A model generated the notes under the pieces. The model searched no databases. It was not told the origin of the DNA and worked only from the letters and a program-made list of their open reading frames with translations. DNA of 32,614 nt from Candidatus Thorarchaeota archaeon. Lineage in GTDB: Archaea; Asgardarchaeota; Thorarchaeia; Thorarchaeales; Thorarchaeaceae. Position numbers and translations under genes: made by a program. The stretch lies in NCBI GenBank assembly GCA_029858305.1, contig JAOUFI010000022.1, positions 1 through 32,614 of the forward strand, given 5' to 3'. Positions 1 through 8,393 of the stretch are shown piece after piece; position 1 is the stretch's first letter, and every line of letters begins with the position of its first letter.

Positions 1-547
1 CTCCGCCCCCTATCCCAATAATTAGGACATCATCACCCGGTTTAATCTTGGCCTTGGTGATCATCAGTCTCCAAGCAGTCATCAGAGTTAGAGGGATTGA
101 TGCTGCATCAACCAAGTCAATTCTAGCAGTTTCAGGAATAGGTATCACATTTTGTGGATTTAATGCAATATAATCAGCGTAACCGCCTCGAGCGTGCTCA
201 CCAATAATCCCATATGAAGTACAGAGAGACTCTTCTCCACGAATACAGAATTCACATTCTCCACAATAGATACCAGGGTCTACGAGGATCTTCTGCCCAA
301 CTTCAAGGGTGCCCCTTACATCACTGCCAAGTTCCACAATCTCCCCACTGATGTCACTACCTAAAATATGAGGCATTTCGAGGTTTAGACCTGGAATACC
401 AGACCGTACAAAAAGATCGAGGTGATTCAGAGCTACCCCTTTTACTTTTACCAAGACTTGACCGGAATGAATCTTTGGAATTTCAAAATCCTCATACGAG
501 AGAACATCAGGAGGACCATGCTTGTGGAATACCGTAGCCTTCATCAT
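1..547 (-). CDS. Zinc-binding alcohol dehydrogenase / MDR family oxidoreductase (3' end runs off the window)
   Basis: Not in the ORF track. Manual minus-strand translation from ATG 547: MMKATVFHKHGPPDVLSYEDF...ALNHLDLFVRSG...PHILGSD...DPGIYCGECEFCIRGEESLC...VLIIGIGGG. Structural-Zn CxxCxxCx7C and the start of the Rossmann motif; frame open to the window edge. Confidence 0.9.
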   Translation of the reverse strand, partial: MMKATVFHKHGPPDVLSYEDFEIPKIHSGQVLVKVKGVALNHLDLFVRSGIPGLNLEMPHILGSDISGEIVELGSDVRGTLEVGQKILVDPGIYCGECEFCIRGEESLCTSYGIIGEHARGGYADYIALNPQNVIPIPETARIDLVDAASIPLTLMTAWRLMITKAKIKPGDDVLIIGIGGG

Positions 548-670
548 AATCACTTGTTAACATAGACTTTGAGCAAATTCGGACATAAAACCTCGTTTTC
601 GGGATGGACTCACAAGTGAACAACTTTAAGACCCTCAATTTTCTGGAATTCCTGCATACACCCAAATACA

Positions 671-675
671 GGTGA
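671..675 (+). promoter_or_regulatory. Shine-Dalgarno-like GGTGA site for the parvulin gene
   Basis: GGTGA 4 nt before ATG 680; a similar GAGGTGA lies at 3816-3822 before the uridine phosphorylase gene. Confidence 0.6.
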
Positions 676-679
676 TTCA

Positions 680-970
680 ATGTCTAAAGCTAAAGCAGGA
701 AAAGTCCGAGCAAGTCATATACTCGTCGAAAAGCATAGTCAAGCCCAAGCACTCATTGGTAGAATATCTTCTGGAGAGGATTTCGCAAAAATCGCTAAAG
801 ATTACAGTACATGTCCCTCAAAGAAGAAAGGTGGCGACCTAGGTTGGTTCACAAAGGGGCAGATGGTCCCAGAATTCGAGAGAGCAGCCTTTGGTCTCAG
901 CATTGGAGCAATGACAGTTGATCCTGTGAAAACAAAATTCGGGTATCATATCATTAAACGAACTGGATGA
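680..970 (+). CDS. ppiC: Single-domain parvulin-type peptidyl-prolyl cis-trans isomerase
   Basis: VRASHILV, FAKIAKDYSTCPSKKKGGDLGWF, QMVPEFERAAF and PVKTKFGYHII rotamase motifs. Confidence 0.95.
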   Translation: MSKAKAGKVRASHILVEKHSQAQALIGRISSGEDFAKIAKDYSTCPSKKKGGDLGWFTKGQMVPEFERAAFGLSIGAMTVDPVKTKFGYHIIKRTG

Positions 971-994
971 GTGGTAGTAAAAGATAGCTATACC

Positions 995-1387
995 TCATTT
1001 CCTATCTTTGCTTCGTGTCTCATTCTCTTCTATCCGAGCATTTACTATCTTGTTCACAAGTGCAGAAGGGAGTGGCTGTTCAAACGAGAAATGAATAGTT
1101 GACTTGGCTGTGTCATATGATTTTAATTCCTCCCTGAATTTATTCATGACAGAGAGACTCATTACATATAGACTGATGTGATTCTTCCAAGCAGCATAGG
1201 CTACAAGCATTCTTCCATTGTGTCTGAAGGTTGGAATCTGGTAGCTAATAATCTCGTCTGCTTCAGGTACTATCTTTTTGATATCCCTTCGAAGATTCTC
1301 CAAGGCATCCCTTGCATCCTCAGGAATGCTTGCTAGGTAACTCTCTACACTTGTTGGCGCTATTCTCTTCAACCTAGCTTCTTTCAT
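995..1387 (-). CDS. DUF1801 / YdhG-like protein
   Basis: SVESYLASIP...EIISYQIPTF...LVAYAAWKNHISLY...KSTIHF...PLP...KIVNARIEEN pattern. Confidence 0.85.
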   Translation of the reverse strand: MKEARLKRIAPTSVESYLASIPEDARDALENLRRDIKKIVPEADEIISYQIPTFRHNGRMLVAYAAWKNHISLYVMSLSVMNKFREELKSYDTAKSTIHFSFEQPLPSALVNKIVNARIEENETRSKDRK

Positions 1388-1395
1388 GGTGATGG

Positions 1396-1448
1396 ATACA
1401 GGTCAGTCATGAGTTATGCATTTCGCTCAGAACTCATCATCTCTGTAT
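1396..1448 (-). ncRNA. Candidate K-turn hairpin (box C/D-like or SECIS-like), function unknown
   Basis: Minus strand: ATACAG-AG-ATGATGA-(27 nt)-CTGA-C-CTGTAT, with a 6-bp outer stem and an alternative inner stem ATGAGTT/AACTCAT. Confidence 0.35.
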
Positions 1449-1519
1449 ACTGAAAGGACTCTGCCCGAACGGCATAGCATCTTCTAATGTACTCTTCTGA
1501 GAGTATTATTGAGAACCGA

Positions 1520-2668
1520 TTATTCTACTGAACTCTCTTTTTTCTTTGCCTTGCCCTTTGGTACTAATTCCTCAGTGACAAATCTATTCTCGCAGCGCGT
1601 GAGAACCTTTGGCAATGTTGTGTACTCCATCTGATCATCACTTAGCCTGTGAGGCTGGAAGGGTCCATGTCTACGCAGATAGTCGGCCATCTCCATTCCG
1701 CGCTGGCGACTAATATCAAATGCAACATCGTCAAAGAGATCAACGGGTCCAACAAGCATACCATCGGAAACTTGGAAACCAAGTGCAATAACTCTTGGAG
1801 GACCATCAAATCTTGTACATCGAGAGTCTTTCAATCCAACAGGAAGAAGTGGGCCAGTATGAGAACCTCTCATCCACCCAGAAACCAAATGCGGAAGTGT
1901 GAATGCTTCAAGTACTTCTCCCATTGCCGGTAGACCAGAATGTGCTCTCACAATTGCAACAGGGTCGTCTTTTCCGACATACTTACCGGCAACTGCATGT
2001 AGTTTGTCCGTGCTGACAGATGCTGCAATCATTCCATCATTTCGATAGATTTTCTTGATTGTGTATCGTCCAGTACTTCCAAGAAGTGCAAGAATGTCGT
2101 ACATTTCCTCCGGAGCCTTCATCTCAATGAAACAAGGGATATCTTTCATAATATCTTGAATTACGAACTTGAAGCCATCATGAAGGTTGGGATCAATGAC
2201 GAGCCCAGCTGTATTGAACGGGTCTGCAAATATCTTGAATAGTGGTAAATTATACGCACCAGGTTCAGTCTTGTCAGCCATGAAGACAGCAATGGGTTCC
2301 GATTTGCGTTCCTCAAATGTCATCTCTGCGGAACCAGGACCCATACCCTTCACATTCCCACTGAATGTATCAGCTAGTATGTCCTGCCCTGCTGCATAGA
2401 TTTTTTTCTTGCGGGCAAGCTCAGTGCCCTTGATGAAAGTGTCCCAAGCAAGCTTGTGGACTTCTGCATTTCCCTCTCCTTTATTGTGAGTCATAATCAG
2501 TTCTAGGTCATCGCCTGCATTAGAAACATGAAAATCATTGATGATCTTCTTTTCAACTCCCTCTTTCAGCGATTTCCGAGCCAGTTCGATCAGGAAATCA
2601 GGGACTATAACATGACCAGCTAATGACCCAATATCTGCTTTGATCACGCTAATGGTGGTCTCAACCAT
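1520..2668 (-). CDS. fbp: Bifunctional fructose-1,6-bisphosphate aldolase/phosphatase (class V FBPase)
   Basis: TISVIKADIGSLAGH, GDDLELIMTH, ADKTEPGAYNLPL, AGKYVGKDDP (Schiff-base Tyr/Lys, metal-binding Asp), GWMRGSH, RFDGPP, MEYTTLP. ATG 2668 preferred over TTG 2674. Confidence 0.97.
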   Translation of the reverse strand: MVETTISVIKADIGSLAGHVIVPDFLIELARKSLKEGVEKKIINDFHVSNAGDDLELIMTHNKGEGNAEVHKLAWDTFIKGTELARKKKIYAAGQDILADTFSGNVKGMGPGSAEMTFEERKSEPIAVFMADKTEPGAYNLPLFKIFADPFNTAGLVIDPNLHDGFKFVIQDIMKDIPCFIEMKAPEEMYDILALLGSTGRYTIKKIYRNDGMIAASVSTDKLHAVAGKYVGKDDPVAIVRAHSGLPAMGEVLEAFTLPHLVSGWMRGSHTGPLLPVGLKDSRCTRFDGPPRVIALGFQVSDGMLVGPVDLFDDVAFDISRQRGMEMADYLRRHGPFQPHRLSDDQMEYTTLPKVLTRCENRFVTEELVPKGKAKKKESSVE

Positions 2669-2812
2669 TTGCAATTTGCTCCTTCATTACCCATGTATAT
2701 TTTTTTGTAGAAACTCTGAAAAAAGAGTAGTTCCTACGAGACCTTCGACTATTCTTTATGCATATAATAGTTCTCATTCAGGGCGATGACACACAAATTA
2801 GCAGAAACTACA

Positions 2813-3700
2813 TTATAGATTCTTCATCATGTCTTTCAGACGTTTGGTCATGGCAAGAGCGTCATTCCACTCTCTCTGCCAAAGATTCCTGCCAAAAATG
2901 AGCCCAGTCGCACCCTGCTCAAGACATACCTTTGCTCGATGTACAACATCATCATCGCTCATTTTTCCGCCGCCAGAAAACAAGACCATTGTCTTTCCCG
3001 CTGACTTCACGACTTTCTTTACCATCTCTTCATAGCTTAACTCAAGTTTGTCATAAGGACTGGGCTGCTGTGCCCTTGTTTTCGAGTCGTCGACTGGAAC
3101 ATTGAGTTTAACAATATCAGCACCCAATTCATCAGCTACTCTCGCTGCATAGTCAATGGCATATAGTGAGTCCCTGCCACCCTTCTTATCTACAGCCTCT
3201 CCTCGAGGATATGCCCAAACAATAATTGGCATTCCATATCGTTCTGCATCAACCTTGACCTGCCTGAACTGGTTCAGATCAGCGACCTGACTCGGGCTCC
3301 CGATATAAAGAGTATATCCGATTGCATCGGCCCCGATCCGAACTGCATCCTCGACTGATCCTGTCATAGGGGATATTGGATCACCAGCTCCCGGGATGCG
3401 GGTCTTACCATTAATCTTCAGGACAATCGGCACTCTTCCTGCATACTTGGGTGCATACTTCTCAGCCAAACCAAGATGCAGAGCAATACCGGAATATCCA
3501 CCCTCCAGGGCTAGTTTAAACTGGAACTCTGGATTCGCTGAAGGAGGATTGGCGAAGAAGTCAACCGGGCCATGTTCAATGCCTTGATCAATCGGTAGAA
3601 TGAGTAGATGACCGTTGCCAGGGCCGTGCTCATACATCATCCTATGAAGTCTAACACGTTTTCCCAAGCTCAAATGGTGTAGTTCATCGATATTGGTCAT
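2813..3700 (-). CDS. Class I (DhnA / archaeal class IA) fructose-bisphosphate aldolase
   Basis: PIDQGIEHGP, SVEDAVRIGADAIGYTLYIGS, WAYPRG, ELGADIVK (Schiff-base Lys), FSGG, GLIFGRNLWQ. Confidence 0.92.
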   Translation of the reverse strand: MTNIDELHHLSLGKRVRLHRMMYEHGPGNGHLLILPIDQGIEHGPVDFFANPPSANPEFQFKLALEGGYSGIALHLGLAEKYAPKYAGRVPIVLKINGKTRIPGAGDPISPMTGSVEDAVRIGADAIGYTLYIGSPSQVADLNQFRQVKVDAERYGMPIIVWAYPRGEAVDKKGGRDSLYAIDYAARVADELGADIVKLNVPVDDSKTRAQQPSPYDKLELSYEEMVKKVVKSAGKTMVLFSGGGKMSDDDVVHRAKVCLEQGATGLIFGRNLWQREWNDALAMTKRLKDMMKNL

Positions 3701-3826
3701 AATACCTTACCTCAGAATTTCAGCCTTTTAGATACTACCTTTCTCCTATATGCTTAGCTAGAGCGACCATTCGCTGGATACAAAAGGGAATTCTGACTCT
3801 GTAAGAACATATTCAGAGGTGAATCA

Positions 3827-4660
3827 ATGACAAAAGCTAAAGTCTCAGCAAGGAAACCAGTCACAGAGGACAGAAAGCAGTATCATCTGGAAGTAAAAGA
3901 GGGTGATGTTGCAAAGACCGTCCTACTTCCAGGGGACCCTCAACGGGTTGAGCGCATAAGTTCTCTATGGGACTCGTTTAGAGAAGTGGCTACACATCGC
4001 CAGTTTGTCACTCATACAGGCAAATATAGAGGTGCAGACATCTCTGCATGCTCAACGGGCATAGGAGGACCGGGGATGGCAATTGTAGTTGAAGAGCTTG
4101 CTAATGTCAAGGTCGATTCCTTCATCCGTGTTGGTTCATGTGCCACTTTAAAGAAGGAAATTGAGATTGGTGATCTCATCATCTCCACAGCAGCTGTCCG
4201 TCTTGATGGAACAAGTAAGCAGTATGTACGGATGGAATATCCAGCTTCGTCTTCACATGAAACTATCCTCGCACTCATTGAGGCTGCTGAGAACTTGGGA
4301 TTCACCTACCATCTAGGAATATCAGCTTCTACTGATTCATTCTATCTGGGTCAATCACGACCAGGATATGGTGGATTCTTTCAGAGCTTTAGTACTACTC
4401 TTATCGAAGACCTTCAAAGAGCTAATGTGACAAATTTTGAGATGGAGGCAGCTACCCTATTCACTCTCGGTAACATCTATGGTTTCAGGACAGGTGCAGT
4501 ATGCGCAGTCTATGCCAATAGGGTACGCGATGAGTTCGAAGTCAAAGGGGAGATGGATGTCATCAGATGTGGTAATGAGGCGGTGAAGATTCTAGCAGAG
4601 ATTGATGCAGAAAAGAAGTCTGCAGGTAGAAATCACTGGAATCGCAAGTTAAGGCTCTAG
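3827..4660 (+). CDS. udp: Uridine phosphorylase (PNP/UDP family 1)
   Basis: QYHL, LLPGDPQRV, STGIGGP, FIRVGSC, AVRLDGTSKQY, STDSFYLGQSR, NFEMEAATLF. Confidence 0.9.
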   Translation: MTKAKVSARKPVTEDRKQYHLEVKEGDVAKTVLLPGDPQRVERISSLWDSFREVATHRQFVTHTGKYRGADISACSTGIGGPGMAIVVEELANVKVDSFIRVGSCATLKKEIEIGDLIISTAAVRLDGTSKQYVRMEYPASSSHETILALIEAAENLGFTYHLGISASTDSFYLGQSRPGYGGFFQSFSTTLIEDLQRANVTNFEMEAATLFTLGNIYGFRTGAVCAVYANRVRDEFEVKGEMDVIRCGNEAVKILAEIDAEKKSAGRNHWNRKLRL

Positions 4661-4669
4661 GTTAAGAGG

Positions 4670-6502
4670 TCAGCTTCCCTTTCCAACATAGTAATAGTCG
4701 CCAGAAGCCTTCTGCTGGGAGTCCAACTGGGATCCATCCTTGTTGACCCGGGGGCGACCAGTCTGGGGGTCTCGACGAAATGTCACACCCATCTGTTTCA
4801 GGAAGTTGTTCATACCAGTACGTAGAGTAGTGACTGACGAAGCTACGCCAGATTTTCCAGGAGTTCCATTGAACACAACCATACTATCACTAAGATAGTC
4901 GGCCATGAGAATGGAGTGTTCTACAACGAAGGCAGTCTTTAGGTTGTTACGAACCTGTCTTCGTATCGCTCGAGAGCTCGCAAGCCGCTGCTCAACATCC
5001 AAGAATGCAGAGGGTTCATCTAGAAGGTAGATATCAGCGTCGCGCGCAAGACAAGCCGCAATAGCAGCTCTCTGGAGCTCGCCACCGCTGAGCTGTTGAA
5101 TACTGTGATCAAGCAAGTTTTCAAGTTCAAGCTTCTTAATCACCCCGGTCTGGAAATCAGCTGAATCGATTGTATTTCCGCCAGCTTCACGAAGGTACAT
5201 TCTCAAGTTTCCATCAAAGTCGGCGGGGATATATTGCGGTTTGTAACTGATCTTGAGGTCAAGTCCTGTTACAGTCTTCTTTGGTGCCTCTCCTTGGTCT
5301 GGTACTAGCTCTCCTGCCAGCATACGGACAAATGTGGTCTTTCCAATACCATTAGGTCCAAGAATGCCAATGACCTGACCCTTCGATACACGACTACCTT
5401 TGACCTCAAGCGTGAAGTCTTCGAATTCCTTTCGCATGTTTCCATACTCGATCATAGTTTCAGTAGAAGTAAACTCAATGTCTTCTGTTGACATGCCCTT
5501 GAAGGAGATCGAGGTGTCTCTGAATCGCATATTCTCATCAGGAATAAAACCATCAAGGAACTGATTCACGCCCACACGTGTCCCATGAGGATGTGACACA
5601 ATTCCGTAGACTCCCGGAGTACCATAAAACAGACACACATTATCTGATACATAATCAAGAATTGATAGGTCATGTTCTACAACTACCACAGTCTTCCCAA
5701 GATCCGCCAAGTGGCGAATTGCTCTACCAACTCGCAGCCGCTCTCGAACGTCAAGATACGCAGTAGGCTCATCAAAGAAGTATATATCCCCCTCACGGAC
5801 AATGGCAGCAGTGACGGCTACCCGTTGTAATTCGCCACCACTGAGGAACTTGATAGGACGATCCCAAATCTCATCGAGGCTCATGTCGCCTCTAAGATCC
5901 TTCAGTCGCCCCGAGGAGTCAGACGATTCCAAAAGGTCACTAATGGGACGTTCAGCTATATCCTTAACCTTGGGCAGGTCTGTAATATTCTGTGGTTTGA
6001 GAATTGGAACAATAGAGCCAGCCATAATCTTCTCAAAGAACGGTTGAAGTTCAGACCCACGATATGCTCTGATGATCTCCTCCCAATCTGGGGGGGATTC
6101 CACTTGACCAAGGTTGGGTTGTAATTCTCCTGCAAGAATTCGCACTGCAGTTGTCTTTCCTACACCATTAGGACCAATCAAGCCAAGGACCATACCCTCC
6201 TTTGGAATGGGAAGCCGAAACAGTTTGAAGCCATTAATACTGTATCTATGACTTGTATCAGACTCAAGCTCCTCTGGAAGGTTGACTATGCTGATTACGT
6301 GATACGGACATTTCTTGACACAAATTGCCTCTCCAGAGCAGAGAGATTCTACGATGACTGGCGGCTTGTCTTGTCCATCGGGAAAGATGACAGTTTCGTC
6401 CCCTGTTCGCACACGAGGACAAAATCTCTGACATTCGTGAGTGCAGTCCTTAGGTCGGCACCGCTGTCTATCTAAAATAGCAATACGCATCTGATGTATC
6501 AC
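4670..6502 (-). CDS. rli: Ribosome recycling ATPase ABCE1/RLI
   Basis: N-terminal Fe-S domain, IVNLPEEL, two NBDs (GPNGVGKTT, GPNGIGKTT, LSGGELQR twice) and the C-terminal TFRRD..GRPRVNK..S.LD..QK..G.YYY hinge. Alternative start ATG 6490. Confidence 0.98.
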   Translation of the reverse strand: MIHQMRIAILDRQRCRPKDCTHECQRFCPRVRTGDETVIFPDGQDKPPVIVESLCSGEAICVKKCPYHVISIVNLPEELESDTSHRYSINGFKLFRLPIPKEGMVLGLIGPNGVGKTTAVRILAGELQPNLGQVESPPDWEEIIRAYRGSELQPFFEKIMAGSIVPILKPQNITDLPKVKDIAERPISDLLESSDSSGRLKDLRGDMSLDEIWDRPIKFLSGGELQRVAVTAAIVREGDIYFFDEPTAYLDVRERLRVGRAIRHLADLGKTVVVVEHDLSILDYVSDNVCLFYGTPGVYGIVSHPHGTRVGVNQFLDGFIPDENMRFRDTSISFKGMSTEDIEFTSTETMIEYGNMRKEFEDFTLEVKGSRVSKGQVIGILGPNGIGKTTFVRMLAGELVPDQGEAPKKTVTGLDLKISYKPQYIPADFDGNLRMYLREAGGNTIDSADFQTGVIKKLELENLLDHSIQQLSGGELQRAAIAACLARDADIYLLDEPSAFLDVEQRLASSRAIRRQVRNNLKTAFVVEHSILMADYLSDSMVVFNGTPGKSGVASSVTTLRTGMNNFLKQMGVTFRRDPQTGRPRVNKDGSQLDSQQKASGDYYYVGKGS

Positions 6503-6640
6503 ACCTGCTGAAGAGCTGTTCGAAGAGGGTTATGGTCACTATTTAGCGCTTTGGCTCTGTGAACTCTTATTTGTATGAAAATTGTCTACTTGGAAAGCCT
6601 TTTGTGCAATCCCGCATTGATTATATTTGGATTGAATAAG

Positions 6641-6874
6641 ATGAACATACTAGATAGATTCTTCGACATGTTTGGAAGAAGACGTGCACTTAGGATGGGT
6701 GCTGTATCACCACCAGATGATCTCATTGCTTACCTCTACAAAGTACGCGCTGCAACCTACCTAAAGATTACAGGAAAGACTCTTCCAAACTATAGCATGC
6801 CAGCTGAGAGTGGTGCCGAAGATATGACTCGAAACCTATCACCCTCTCGTAGACTTGCTAGAAAGGGTCTCTAG
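6641..6874 (+). CDS. Small basic hypothetical protein
   Basis: ORF in otherwise unoccupied space. ATG 6641 preferred over 6575 because a BRE/TATA-like GAAAGCCTTTTGT lies at about 6593-6605. No recognisable motif. Confidence 0.5.
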   Translation: MNILDRFFDMFGRRRALRMGAVSPPDDLIAYLYKVRAATYLKITGKTLPNYSMPAESGAEDMTRNLSPSRRLARKGL

Positions 6875-6924
6875 AAAGATGGAGTCCTCGTGACCCAATA
6901 GATTCTGTGCAGCTCTGACTCTTT

Positions 6925-6938
6925 GAAAGCATATTTAG
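6925..6938 (+). promoter_or_regulatory. Putative BRE/TATA promoter for the downstream sRNA
   Basis: GAAAGC-ATATTTAG; the TATA-like part lies about 25-32 nt upstream of the predicted sRNA 5' end (6963). Confidence 0.45.
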
Positions 6939-6962
6939 CCTTGTACCGGTCAAACATCACTC

Positions 6963-7039
6963 ATCGGGATGATGATGAATGCAGGGATGGTGAGCGAACT
7001 CATCACCGCTATGACCCGTTAAACCGCAGTCTGACCGAT
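6963..7039 (+). ncRNA. Box C/D 2'-O-methylation guide sRNA (predicted 16S rRNA target)
   Basis: Terminal stem ATCGG(6963-67)/CCGAT(7035-39); C box ATGATGA 6969-75; D box CTGA 7031-34. D guide TTAAACCGCAG (7019-29) is complementary to the recalled archaeal 16S segment CUGCGGUUUAA. Confidence 0.8.
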
Positions 7040-7078
7040 ATTACAGTTCACGAATATAATAAGGAGTAGTAGTAATAC

Positions 7079-7495
7079 TTGTCCCCATTTGTTTGTAACC
7101 ATGATGGTTCGTGTGAAGAGATTAGACTCTGTTGTACTGAAACAGAGATGACCCTATCTCGTGAGGATGCACAAAGAATTGAGTCATTAGGTTACAAAAA
7201 GGAAGATTTCCTAGTCAGAGTGATGGCAGGATTTTGTGAACTCAAAAACGTCGACGGACACTGTTACTTCTATGATCCTGAATCTAAAGTCTGCCGCATC
7301 TATGAGAATCGTCCGGAGGGGTGTAGGTACTACCCTATCATCTATGATGCTAGGAAGAGGAAGTGCATCCTTGACAAGGATTGTCCATCTGCGGTGACAG
7401 TCAGTCGCGAAGAAATCAGGAAGGTCTGCCATAGGGTGAGAAAGCTTGTAGAGACCCTTCGAGAGGAGGCTGCGCATGGTGAGAGCCCTTGCTGA
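7079..7495 (+). CDS. YkgJ-family cysteine-cluster (Zn/Fe-chelating) protein
   Basis: LCC, CYFYD...CRIYENRPEGCRYYP motif, additional C-terminal Cys. Confidence 0.85.
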   Translation: MSPFVCNHDGSCEEIRLCCTETEMTLSREDAQRIESLGYKKEDFLVRVMAGFCELKNVDGHCYFYDPESKVCRIYENRPEGCRYYPIIYDARKRKCILDKDCPSAVTVSREEIRKVCHRVRKLVETLREEAAHGESPC

Positions 7496-8333
7496 TCTAC
7501 ATATTCACTCTAACCACTCGGATGGAATCTACTCTCCAAAACAATTAGTAGATATGGCTATAGACTTGGGACTAGGAGGGATTGCTCTCACAGATCATGA
7601 TACCATTGGAGGTAATAGTGAGTTCTTAATTGAAGGCGATAAGAATGATTTAGCTTGCATCCCTGGCGTTGAGATTAGTACAGAATATCGTGGCTATGAG
7701 TTGCATCTCTTGGGCTATTATGTTCCTAGCGATAGGCCTGAACTACAGGATAGATTGACAGCCTTTAGAGACGAGAGAAACACGAGATTTCCAAAGATGG
7801 TGCAAAAACTAAGAGACCTAGGATTTGATGTAGCAGACTCAGAGGTCGAAGAGATTATGCGAACAGCAGCATCTCCTGGCAGGCCACACCTTGCAAGAAT
7901 TCTCGTTGAAATGGGTGTAGTGATGAATATTGACGAGGCTTTTGCTATGTATCTTGCAGAGGGAAAGCCTGCATACGTAAAACGAGCGCGGCCGGACATA
8001 ACAGAGGGCATCAGAATCTTGAGGGAGGTTGGAGCTGTTCCTGTGTTGGCACATCCTCTATACTACTCAGGAAGTGACCTCAGAAGCCTATTGATAGACC
8101 TTAAGGAGTCGGGTCTATTGGGAGTAGAAGTGGTCTACAATTATGAGAGAAACTCGATTCCTGAAGAAGATACAAAACAGGTAAAGAACGCCGCGAAAGG
8201 GCTTGGACTCATTGAGACCGGGGGTACTGATTTTCATGGAGACAATACACACAACGAACTTGGCAGTATGACTGTTTCCATTGAAGCTATTGCTCAACTT
8301 AGTAGAGCTGCAAGCCTCCTGCGGAACCTCTGA
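7476..8333 (+). CDS. PHP-domain phosphoesterase (TrpH/YciV-like)
   Basis: DLHIHSNHSDG, IALTDHDT, PGVEIS, LHLLGY, GRPHLAR, VLAHP, GGTDFHG. Confidence 0.93.
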   Translation: MVRALADLHIHSNHSDGIYSPKQLVDMAIDLGLGGIALTDHDTIGGNSEFLIEGDKNDLACIPGVEISTEYRGYELHLLGYYVPSDRPELQDRLTAFRDERNTRFPKMVQKLRDLGFDVADSEVEEIMRTAASPGRPHLARILVEMGVVMNIDEAFAMYLAEGKPAYVKRARPDITEGIRILREVGAVPVLAHPLYYSGSDLRSLLIDLKESGLLGVEVVYNYERNSIPEEDTKQVKNAAKGLGLIETGGTDFHGDNTHNELGSMTVSIEAIAQLSRAASLLRNL

Positions 8334-8393
8334 ACCTAGAGATGATGCAGAAACCTTAATCGCTCCTATGAGTTGTAAGAAAGTGGGATCCTA

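Noticed and set aside
940-997. Possible selenocysteine read-through of the DUF1801 TGA stop, given the nearby SECIS-like hairpin
   Set aside because: The domain is complete before the TGA, the extension runs into the convergent parvulin gene, and there is no redox motif.
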